The notes beneath the pieces are model-generated. The model had not been told where the DNA came from. It was given only the letters and a program-made list of their open reading frames with translations, and did not search any database. From Candidatus Cybelea sp. (lineage in GTDB: Bacteria > Acidobacteriota > Terriglobia > Acidiferrales > UBA7541), in the NCBI GenBank assembly GCA_035622135.1, contig DASPVZ010000007.1, positions 13,635-77,634 of the forward strand: a stretch of DNA of 64,000 bases. Direction: 5' to 3'. The position numbers and the translations under genes are program-made. Of the stretch, positions 39,897 to 47,401 are shown piece by piece; position 1 is the stretch's first letter, and each line of letters opens with the position of its first letter.

Positions 39897-40862
39897 CTAA
39901 ACGGGCACGCGGGTCGTCTCGACAATGTCTCGCAGGATGGCGTCCGCCTGTTCGGATTTCTTCTGCGTCGACACGTAGCGCGAGCTTACGACCACGCGAT
40001 GGGCGAAGACGGGAACGATGAGCTGCTTGAAGTCGTCCGGCAGGCAATAGTCGCGGTCCTCAAGAAACGCGCGCGCCTGAGCCGCCCGGTGCAGCATGAC
40101 GGCTCCCCGCGGGCTGACCCCCAGGCTGAGTTGCTCGGTTTGCCGGGTGCGGTCGATGATTTCGAGGGCGTAATCGAGCAGACTCTCATCGACCTTCACT
40201 TGTGCCACGGACTCTTGCATGGTCACAACGTCTGCCGCACCCATCAGCCAACCGATTTTCTCCGCTGGCCCGCGCCCCGATCCGTTGCGAATGATCTCCT
40301 TCTCGCTTTCCCGCGCCGGATATCCCATGCGGATGCGCATCAGAAAGCGATCGAGCTGTGATTCCGGGAGCGGATAGGTGCCGTGATGCTCGATGGGATT
40401 CTGCGTGGCCAGCACGAGAAACGGCTGGGGCAGGGCGTGTGTGTGGTTGTCGATGGTGATCTGCGACTCGTTCATCGCTTCGAGCAGTGCGGACTGCGTT
40501 TTGGGCGTCGTGCGATTGATCTCATCGGCTACGACGATATTGGCGAAAATCGGACCCGGCTTGAACTCGAATTCCTTCGCCGCCGGATTGTAGACGCTCA
40601 CGCCAATCACGTCGCTCGGCAACATGTCCGACGTGAACTGAATTCTCTGGAATGAGCACTGAAAGCAGCGCGCGAGTGCTTGCGCCAGGGTAGTTTTGCC
40701 CACGCCGGGAACGTCTTCAATCAGCAGATGCCCGCGCGCGAGCAGGGCCGTGAGGGCTAGCTCGATGACGTCCTCTTTCCCCTTTACGACCCGGCCGATC
40801 GAACGCCGCAGCTCAGCGAGCTTTTGGCCCGTCCCATTCACCGCGCTCGTCCTGGTTTGCAA
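39897..40862 (-). CDS. MoxR-family AAA+ ATPase
   Basis: 321 aa. Walker A DVPGVGKT, Walker B VVADEINR, and LLEAM.E.Q and ATQNP blocks. TTG start with AAGGA upstream. Confidence 0.92.
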   Translation of the reverse strand: MQTRTSAVNGTGQKLAELRRSIGRVVKGKEDVIELALTALLARGHLLIEDVPGVGKTTLAQALARCFQCSFQRIQFTSDMLPSDVIGVSVYNPAAKEFEFKPGPIFANIVVADEINRTTPKTQSALLEAMNESQITIDNHTHALPQPFLVLATQNPIEHHGTYPLPESQLDRFLMRIRMGYPARESEKEIIRNGSGRGPAEKIGWLMGAADVVTMQESVAQVKVDESLLDYALEIIDRTRQTEQLSLGVSPRGAVMLHRAAQARAFLEDRDYCLPDDFKQLIVPVFAHRVVVSSRYVSTQKKSEQADAILRDIVETTRVPV

Positions 40863-40887
40863 TTCACCGATCCTTTTGTTACAAGAA

Positions 40888-40919
40888 CCTGTGTGGCACA
40901 GGCGATCCCCTGTGCCAGG
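40888..40919. promoter_or_regulatory. Two related palindromes in the moxR / tRNA-Val divergent spacer (candidate operator or 5'-UTR hairpins; sigma54 -24-like TGGCAC on the minus strand)
   Basis: CCTGTG-TGG-CACAGG at 40888-40902 (perfect 6-bp arms) and CCTG-TGC-CAGG at 40909-40919. On the minus strand, CTGGCACAGGGGATCGCC has a good -24 element, but the -12 GC is displaced by one nt. Confidence 0.2.
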
Positions 40920-40979
40920 TACGATAGGTTCCGCTTAGGAGCGCGTCATTCCGCGCATCGGCTGGAATACCGACTCCGT

Positions 40980-41056
40980 GGGCGACTAGCTCAGTTGGTT
41001 AGAGCGTTCCCCTCACACGGGAGAGGTCCAAGGTTCAAGTCCTTGGTCGCCCACCA
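40980..41056 (+). tRNA. tRNA-Val (anticodon CAC), CCA encoded
   Basis: Hand-folded cloverleaf: acceptor GGGCGAC/GTCGCCC, D arm GCTC-AGTTGGTTA-GAGC, anticodon arm TTCCC-CTCACAC-GGGAG (U33, CAC, A37), 5-nt variable loop, T arm CAAGG-TTCAAGT-CCTTG, discriminator A, CCA. Confidence 0.95.
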
Positions 41057-41233
41057 TGCCCGATAAACAATTCTGCCATCATTCCTTTGACGCTTCCCAC
41101 GGCCATTTGGTACAGCTGTGCCCAACAAGTGGCCCATTTCGGCGCCGAATAGCCGCTCGCGAAACGACCTTCGACCGTCCCGGCTGCGCAGGATGCCTCA
41201 CCCGCCTTGACGGATCGCGGCTAATTCTCGCAC

Positions 41234-41248
41234 GTTCAAGTGGTCGCC
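41234..41248 (+). repeat. Partial direct repeat of the tRNA-Val 3' end
   Basis: GTTCAAGT-GGTCGCC matches the tRNA segment GTTCAAGT(CCTT)GGTCGCC except for a 4-nt gap. It lies 178 nt downstream of the tRNA. Could be a decayed att-type scar or chance. Confidence 0.2.
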
Positions 41249-41375
41249 GCCGGATACCTACCCTTTCTCCAGCCAGGCCGCCAAAAAGCGACTGTCGGTT
41301 TTTGCGTTTTGCGCGCAGCGCCGGTCCAGGTAACATTCATCGGGGCGACGGGCGAGAAGGGACGGGAGGGACTCC

Positions 41376-41810
41376 GTGGCTGACATCCTCCAGGAATTCA
41401 CAGTTAAGGCGTCGCCGGAACGCGTTTTCGACATGTTTGCCACCCCCGACGGGCTCGACCGCTGGTGGACGCAATCATCCTCCGGCCAAGCGAAAGAAAA
41501 CGCGGAATATCGACTATGCTTTGGCCCCGGGTACGATTGGCGCGCGCGGGTGACTCGCTGCTCTCCAGGATCCGCTTTTGAGCTCCTGATGACCCAAGCC
41601 CACGAGGACTGGAAGGGCACACGGGTGGGCTGCCAACTCGAACCAGACGGAACATCAGGCACACTCGTCCGCTTCTACCACGCGGGATGGCCGGAACAGA
41701 ACGAGCACTGGCGGGTGTCCTGCTACTGCTGGGCAATGTACCTTCGCCTCTTGCGGCGCAATCTCGAGCATGCCGAGTTCGTTCCCTACGAAAAGCGTCT
41801 CGACGCATAA
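41376..41810 (+). CDS. SRPBCC-superfamily protein (AHSA1/START-like)
   Basis: GTG start with GGGAGGG upstream. ILQEFTVKASPERVFDMFATPDGLDRWW is typical of the AHSA1-like SRPBCC family. 144 aa. Confidence 0.75.
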   Translation: MADILQEFTVKASPERVFDMFATPDGLDRWWTQSSSGQAKENAEYRLCFGPGYDWRARVTRCSPGSAFELLMTQAHEDWKGTRVGCQLEPDGTSGTLVRFYHAGWPEQNEHWRVSCYCWAMYLRLLRRNLEHAEFVPYEKRLDA

Positions 41811-41898
41811 TCGAGCGGGGCGCTCCCGCCAAACCGGGGTTTCTCGTTCCCGCACGGTGAAGGTTTTCCATAACGACCATCCAGACCGCCCATATACC

Positions 41899-44800
41899 TT
41901 AGAAAGTGAACTTGGCCGCCAGCTGGACGAGTCGGGGATCTGCTACGTTCACAATGCGGCCAAAATTCGGGTCGTTGACCTCTGCGTCCACAGCGGCTAA
42001 GCCGGTGGATGATGCATAAAATTGGGCATGGTTGAAGACATTGAACCCTTCGAGGCGAAACTCGCACGTCTTTCCCTCCGATATCGGCAACGATTTCTCA
42101 AGAGTGAAATCGAAGTTATCGATGCCCGGACCGTGGAAAAACCGGCGCTTTGCGTTCCCCAGTTGGCCGAGCGCCTCCGGGCTGAATGCCGCAATGTTGA
42201 ATTCGGGCCTTCCAGCGCGCGGATTCGTATTGATGTCGAGCGGTGCGCCGTCAAACTGAGGCGTGTCGAGCAGATAGTTGTTCACGCCGTTCCCGAGGGT
42301 GCCCAAGAGCGAGTTGTCGGAATCATCGAAAAGAGTGACTGGAAAGCCGGTGGCAAATCGCGTAGTGCCGGAGATCGCCCAACCCTGCGTGAGGCGGCTG
42401 ACGTTAAACAAGCGGTCAAAAGGAGGCATGTAACGATAACTCGCGACAAAATTGTGCCGCATGTCGAATGTGGAAATGGCGCGCGTGAAGCGGAGATCGA
42501 GCGGATCAAGCTGCTCTCCTAGATTTGAGGCTTGATCGATGGACTTGCTGTAGGTGTAGCCGAACAAGAAGTTCGACCTTTTGCCGACATAGCGAAGATT
42601 GGTTTCCAGCCCGTTATAACTGGAGTTGGCAATCGTGCGCTGCGCGGTGTTTTCGCCGTAATTTGAACCCAAGCCCACGCGCGTTCCCTCGATCACTTCG
42701 CCTGAAGGCGTAACGTAGGTGCCATCTTCGCCAAACGGTCCGCAGGTCTCGGTGCCCGGAGCAACTTCCGTTGTTTGGCTCAAGCTGAGGCAAAGAGCCG
42801 GATTACCAGGGTTCGTCGAGACGACGGCGATGAGATGGTGACCTTGGTTGCCGACGTAGCTTGCTGTCCATAACAGGCTTGGCCTGATCTGGCGTTGAAG
42901 CGACAGCATAAAGTCTTCTGTGTAAGGGACCACATTGCGGTAATACCAATAAGGGTCGGCGCTGATCGGAATTACGTTTGTAAAATTGAAATCGTTATAG
43001 GGATGTTTCCCCGACACGTCGTGAGGCGGAAAGGTCAATGGAAAAGGATTGATGTTCTGATCGCCATCTCCCGCGTTCGTGAAGGGCGTCGCAAACAGCG
43101 GCTCAACCGGGCTGAGGTAGTTGTAACCAAATGGCGGAACTGCGTACATGATGCCGGCGGTTAAACCCGGAAACTCTGTATAAAAGATTCCATAGCTGGC
43201 GCGGATGCTGCTCTCGTCCTTTTTGCCGAAAAGCGAGCTCAAAATCCCATGATCAAAGCCTGGGGAGTAGGCGATGCCGATTCGGGGCGCGAGGTTGAAA
43301 ACCTTGGAGGGAGAAATCGTTGAAGGAATGCCGGGATCTCCTGGAACAACGAGGTCTTCAGGCGCGTTGGGATACAGTATTGACTGGCGGCCTGGGATAA
43401 TGGTTTGAAGCTGATTGTACTTTTCCCACCAAGGCATGATGAAGTCCCCGCGCAGGCCAAAATTCATCGTCAAATTGCTCCTCGCCCGCCAACTGTCTTG
43501 AGCGAAAAGCCCCTCATAGCGATTGCGCAAATAGAAAGGCGCACCTGATGACTGCGTGAAATTGCTGGGAACACCGATAAGAAAATCGGCGAAGGCATTG
43601 CCGGTTTCAGAACCGTTGATGTTAAAGGTGCCATTGAAAGTCGCATTCGGATGTTCGTTTACCTGATCGAGGTGGAATTGCCCGCCAAATTTGATTGTGT
43701 GAGACCCCGTGACCTTCGAAATCGTGTCTCCCAAATAAAGCGTGTTGTTGTCCTGCGTTTCATTCGTGATGGGAACCCCCATGACGAAAGTGGGAAATAC
43801 AATATTCATCACGCCTTCAAACTGCGGCGCCTGAATGGCAATGCCCTGTGTACCCGCTCCAGTGACAAAGCCCTGAGAAGCGAGGGTTACGCCAAGGCCG
43901 CCTTTGGGTTGGCCGATGGCGTTTGCGTTGCGAAGCAGTCCGAGGCGAAATTCATTTACCGTGTTCGTGCCGAAGAGTTTCGTCTCTCCGAGACTCAGCA
44001 ACTGCGCGCGGCCAAAAGTCAGCGCGTCAAACCCCGGAATGCTTGCGCCGCCCTGCGCACCGGGGTATGGATCGTCAAGTCGGTAATCGTCGAAAAAATA
44101 ATAAGTGGAAATTTGTCCCCATCGGTCGGCATTGAGATCAACGCGTCCCGAGTCTTTATCGTCGCGCACGGTCTGGGCGAATGCTGCGGTGGAAAATTGG
44201 TCGGCGCTGACATTGGGAGCGGGAATGTATTGCAACAAGTGCTGGGCCGGAGCGGACCAGGCACTCTGCGGAATAACTTCGTTCGGGAACACGCACTGTG
44301 CGGAAGAAGTACATCCAGCCGCGTAATATGGCTCTCCCGATGAAACCGGGTATTTCAGCGCCGTCGACAGAATTTGCGCGAGATTGCCTCCCGCCGCAAC
44401 CGTTGAAGGAGAACTCACTTCACACGGAGCCGATAAGCCGAGGTTCTTGCATGTCGATTGATCCGTGACCAAGGTCGTGGTCGTAAATGCATTTGCCCCG
44501 AGATCCGACAGATTGCCGATACGGTCCTGAACAGACGGCACAGTAAGGACGCCAGAGGGAATTCCTTGCGACGTCCGGGTTCCCTGATAATCCGAAAAGA
44601 AGTAGATTTTCTGCCGCTGGACGGGTCCACCGAACGTGCCGCCAAACTGATTCTGCTGAAACTCGGGCCGAATCGGGTCGAAATAGCCCCGCGCATCGAG
44701 GACCGTGTTTCGCAGGAATTCGAAGGCGTTCCCGTGAAAGCTGTTAGTCCCGGACTTGGTCACCACGTTGATCATGCCGCCGTTGTAATTGCCGTATTCG

Positions 44801-45537
44801 GGATCGAAGTTGTTGGTCAGCACGCGAAATTCATCGATGGAATCCAGGTCGGGAATGATCGACGTGCCGCCGTTCATGTGTTCCTGCACGTCCACGCCGT
44901 CGACGGTGAACCCGTTGGAGGATTCGCGCTGCCCGTCGATTGATTCGTTTCCGGCGTTCAAGTCACCCGAGGGCGAAATAGCTCCGGTTACGCCCGCCAT
45001 GATCACGGAATTGGGCTGCAACGTCGTAACTGGGATGACGCCAGGCTGTATCGAGAGCAAATCAGTGTAGCTGCGGCCATTCAGAGGCAACGCCGTCATC
45101 TGCGAGCCAGTCACCAGTTCCCCGAGATGGGTTGCGACTGTATCCACTTGAGCTTCTGTGGTGGCCTCGGTTGCGGATACAGTCACCGTCTCGGACTCCG
45201 CACCCACCTCCAGGCTCGCATCGACCGTCAGCGCTGCGTCTGTATCGACGATTAGGTTTCTTTTTTTCTCCGTTTTGAATCCGGTGGCTTCAATCGTCAA
45301 ATCGTAACGTCCGACCGGGATCGTTGGGAATGAGTAGAACCCCTGTCCGTCCGAGACGGCCTTGTACCGCGTCTTGAGCGCCACGTTTTCCAGCGTAAGC
45401 GTCGCTCCTGCAACTGCCGCGCCGCTGGGATCCCGGACCAGTCCCGAAAGACTGCCGGTCACTGCACCCCAGACGGCAGGTCCCGAGATCACGAGGAAGA
45501 GTAAGAGGAATCTGAAGATTGAGCTATTCGCTGTCAC
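41899..45537 (-). CDS. TonB-dependent receptor with N-terminal carboxypeptidase-regulatory-like domain
   Basis: 1212 aa. Signal peptide FRFLLLFLVISGPAVWG. CarboxypepD_reg block GSLSGLVRDPSGAAVAGATLTLEN. Plug region (LNGRSYTDLL, IDGQRESSNGFTVDGVDV). Long beta-barrel ending in the OMP-type terminus AAKFTF. GTG start. Confidence 0.9.
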   Translation of the reverse strand: MTANSSIFRFLLLFLVISGPAVWGAVTGSLSGLVRDPSGAAVAGATLTLENVALKTRYKAVSDGQGFYSFPTIPVGRYDLTIEATGFKTEKKRNLIVDTDAALTVDASLEVGAESETVTVSATEATTEAQVDTVATHLGELVTGSQMTALPLNGRSYTDLLSIQPGVIPVTTLQPNSVIMAGVTGAISPSGDLNAGNESIDGQRESSNGFTVDGVDVQEHMNGGTSIIPDLDSIDEFRVLTNNFDPEYGNYNGGMINVVTKSGTNSFHGNAFEFLRNTVLDARGYFDPIRPEFQQNQFGGTFGGPVQRQKIYFFSDYQGTRTSQGIPSGVLTVPSVQDRIGNLSDLGANAFTTTTLVTDQSTCKNLGLSAPCEVSSPSTVAAGGNLAQILSTALKYPVSSGEPYYAAGCTSSAQCVFPNEVIPQSAWSAPAQHLLQYIPAPNVSADQFSTAAFAQTVRDDKDSGRVDLNADRWGQISTYYFFDDYRLDDPYPGAQGGASIPGFDALTFGRAQLLSLGETKLFGTNTVNEFRLGLLRNANAIGQPKGGLGVTLASQGFVTGAGTQGIAIQAPQFEGVMNIVFPTFVMGVPITNETQDNNTLYLGDTISKVTGSHTIKFGGQFHLDQVNEHPNATFNGTFNINGSETGNAFADFLIGVPSNFTQSSGAPFYLRNRYEGLFAQDSWRARSNLTMNFGLRGDFIMPWWEKYNQLQTIIPGRQSILYPNAPEDLVVPGDPGIPSTISPSKVFNLAPRIGIAYSPGFDHGILSSLFGKKDESSIRASYGIFYTEFPGLTAGIMYAVPPFGYNYLSPVEPLFATPFTNAGDGDQNINPFPLTFPPHDVSGKHPYNDFNFTNVIPISADPYWYYRNVVPYTEDFMLSLQRQIRPSLLWTASYVGNQGHHLIAVVSTNPGNPALCLSLSQTTEVAPGTETCGPFGEDGTYVTPSGEVIEGTRVGLGSNYGENTAQRTIANSSYNGLETNLRYVGKRSNFLFGYTYSKSIDQASNLGEQLDPLDLRFTRAISTFDMRHNFVASYRYMPPFDRLFNVSRLTQGWAISGTTRFATGFPVTLFDDSDNSLLGTLGNGVNNYLLDTPQFDGAPLDINTNPRAGRPEFNIAAFSPEALGQLGNAKRRFFHGPGIDNFDFTLEKSLPISEGKTCEFRLEGFNVFNHAQFYASSTGLAAVDAEVNDPNFGRIVNVADPRLVQLAAKFTF

Positions 45538-45643
45538 GAATCGAATCCGCCAGACTTGAATTGGTCAGCAGACGTCATTGTCTTACTTTGACTAGCGCGA
45601 ACGGGTGGGGTGTGGCCCTCTTCGAAAATACATGTTGCGAACA

Positions 45644-45670
45644 GTAACACGCATCCGATTATCGTGCTAC
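45644..45670. promoter_or_regulatory. Candidate NikR operator (dyad GTAACACG-N11-CGTGCTAC)
   Basis: 8-nt arms, 7/8 complementary, in the 206-bp divergent spacer between the TonB receptor (GTG 45537) and nikR (ATG 45744). The geometry resembles known NikR half-site pairs. Not validated. Confidence 0.3.
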
Positions 45671-45743
45671 TACCATCTGACTCTTACCTGAGGAATCCGA
45701 TGTTGGTAGGATTGCTCTTTTCTTCCTAGAGGCTGGAGGTCAT

Positions 45744-46160
45744 ATGGGGAATTTGGTTCGCACGGGCCTTTCCCTCGACGGCGAATTGTTGCAGAAATTT
45801 GATCAGGCGATTGCTGCGAAAGGCTATCAGAATCGTTCTGAGGCGATCCGCGATATGATTCGCGACCAATTAGTGGCGGAAGAAATCGACAAAAATAAAG
45901 TCGTGGTTGGCACTCTCACGATTATCTACGATCACCACCGTCCAAACCTGACGGAAAAGCTTGTCGACGCTCAGCATCATGCCGGCGGAAGCGTGCTTGC
46001 GGTCACGCATGTGCACCTCGACCATCACAATTGTCTTGAAGTAATCATCATGAAAGGTCGCGCCGGAGAGTTGAAGGGGCTAGCGAACGGAATCCTCAGC
46101 TTTCGGGGCGTAAAGCACGGTCAACTCGTGATCACAAGCACCGGCAAACATCTGGAATAA
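45744..46160 (+). CDS. nikR: Nickel-responsive transcriptional regulator NikR
   Basis: Ribbon-helix-helix N-terminus (RTGLSLDGELLQKFDQAIAAKGYQNRSEAIRDMIR). C-terminal metal-binding domain with HHRPN...QHH...HVHLDHHNCLEV (the H-x-H-x5-C high-affinity Ni site pattern). GGAGG SD. Confidence 0.9.
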   Translation: MGNLVRTGLSLDGELLQKFDQAIAAKGYQNRSEAIRDMIRDQLVAEEIDKNKVVVGTLTIIYDHHRPNLTEKLVDAQHHAGGSVLAVTHVHLDHHNCLEVIIMKGRAGELKGLANGILSFRGVKHGQLVITSTGKHLE

Positions 46161-46478
46161 CCTCAACGGGCACCGCAGAGCAAACATTCGCCGTCCTGGA
46201 ACATTGGAGGCAACCTGTCATTGAGTCCTTGCCTGCCGTCTGCCTAGTGGCGAGAAAAAACTTGGGTCCATCTGGGCCCGGATGCTGACAACTTGGATCG
46301 AAAACCGAGCACCATAGCGCAGAGCAAAGCTAGACAAGCCGATGAGCTAGATTTTTTGCGACTGCCTTGGGCGCCGCAGCACGATGCCGCGGGCACCAAT
46401 CCTTCGGCGCAACTGCCCGCCAAACCGAAGTCCTTGATCAGAAATGCCGTCCCGAATGGTCTGTGATAGTCTTCCGCC

Positions 46479-46949
46479 ATGACCAACGTGGTCCGATTCC
46501 TGCAGTTCTTCGCGCTGGGCACTTGGGTAGGCGGCATTATTTTTCTAAGCTTTGTCGAAGCGCCTGGCGTGTTTGGCGTGCTCGGACCCCATCGCGACCA
46601 AGCCGGAAATATCGTTGGCTACTCGCTGACCCGGCTGCACTACATCGGCGTAGTTGCGGCTCTGATCTACTTGGTTGCGGGCTTCGCAATTGTAAAATCG
46701 GCAAAATGGCTGATTACACCCGCGGCCATTCTGGTTATGGCGATGCTCGCCCTGACCGCGATTTCGCAGTTTGCTGTGCGACCGCGAATGGCCGTGCTGC
46801 GAGCGGAGATGGTCTCGATTGATGCCACGCCGCCCGAGAACACTTTGCGCGCCCGCTTCGACCGGTTGCACCGCCTGTCGGTTCAGCTGGAGGGCGCCAC
46901 CCTGCTGGCTGGCGTCGTCGCTATCTTCTTGACCGTCCGCGGGACGTGA
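46479..46949 (+). CDS. DUF4149 (TMEM205-like) membrane protein
   Basis: 156 aa, four TM helices. N-terminal FLQFFALGTWVGGIIFLSFVEAPGVF is typical of DUF4149 (recalled). Confidence 0.6.
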   Translation: MTNVVRFLQFFALGTWVGGIIFLSFVEAPGVFGVLGPHRDQAGNIVGYSLTRLHYIGVVAALIYLVAGFAIVKSAKWLITPAAILVMAMLALTAISQFAVRPRMAVLRAEMVSIDATPPENTLRARFDRLHRLSVQLEGATLLAGVVAIFLTVRGT

Positions 46950-47095
46950 GCGCCCGCCCGCTGGCGTCATCCGTTTCTGGTATCCCCAAGGTTCCCTCGA
47001 ATTGAAGCCGAAGCGGACCCTTTCCGCGCTCTTGCCTGGTCAGTTCCATATATGGTTTCCTATTCTGGTCCCGCTCGGGGACACGGATGTGAACG

Positions 47096-47401
47096 GTGAA
47101 GATTAGCCGCGAAGAGGTGTTGCGGGTCGCCGACTTGGCGCATCTTGAACTTTCGCCTGAAGAGGCCGAGACCTATCGCAGCCAGCTCGACGAGATCTTA
47201 AGCTACGTCGGGAAGCTCGCGGAGCTGGACGTCAGTCGAGTCGAGCCGATGACGCAAGTGCTCGTTAATCCGCCCGGCGACAGGCATCCCGAGCTTCGCG
47301 ACGACCGTCCCCGACCCTGCCATGTGGCCCCCGAGGTCCTGGGACAGGCTCCCGAGGCCAAGAAACCCTTCTTTCGCGTCCCAAAGGTGATCGAGCGGTG
47401 A
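47096..47401 (+). CDS. gatC: Asp/Glu-tRNA(Asn/Gln) amidotransferase subunit C
   Basis: GTG start. KISREEVLRVADLAHLELSPEE...LDEILSYV. 4-nt overlap with the gatA start. Confidence 0.92.
   Translation: MKISREEVLRVADLAHLELSPEEAETYRSQLDEILSYVGKLAELDVSRVEPMTQVLVNPPGDRHPELRDDRPRPCHVAPEVLGQAPEAKKPFFRVPKVIER

Noticed and set aside
41056-41553. 165-aa ORF starting inside the tRNA-Val CCA end and running into the SRPBCC gene, plus the 85-aa antisense ORF 41079-41336
   Set aside because: It begins within the tRNA, has no SD, gives an Arg/Pro/Gly-rich translation and overlaps the SRPBCC gene out of frame. The 319-bp tRNA-SRPBCC spacer is treated as non-coding.
46221-46238. Second tRNA-Val-like string (TTGAGTCCTTGCCTGCC versus tRNA TTCAAGTCCTTGGTCGCC) just after nikR, a tempting attR for a 5.2-kb island
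   Set aside because: Only an 8-nt exact core (AGTCCTTG) with 12/18 overall identity. A given 8-mer is expected about twice by chance in 64 kb on two strands. There is no integrase. Kept only as a note under the low-GC finding.
46255-46279. Hairpin GGGTCCATCTGGGCCC flanked by an A6 run; read on the minus strand it looks like an orphan intrinsic terminator (stem + AAG + UUUUUU) in the nikR-DUF4149 spacer
   Set aside because: On the minus-strand RNA, the only orientation with a U-tract, the stem has an internal C-A mismatch (only 3+2 GC pairs) and a 3-nt gap before the U-run. No upstream minus-strand gene is credible. A small antisense RNA cannot be excluded, but the evidence is weak.
46244-46537. 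97-aa minus-strand ORF in the nikR-DUF4149 spacer, overlapping the DUF4149 start
   Set aside because: No SD, Cys/Ser/Ala-rich low-complexity translation, and it overlaps the 5' end of a better-supported gene.
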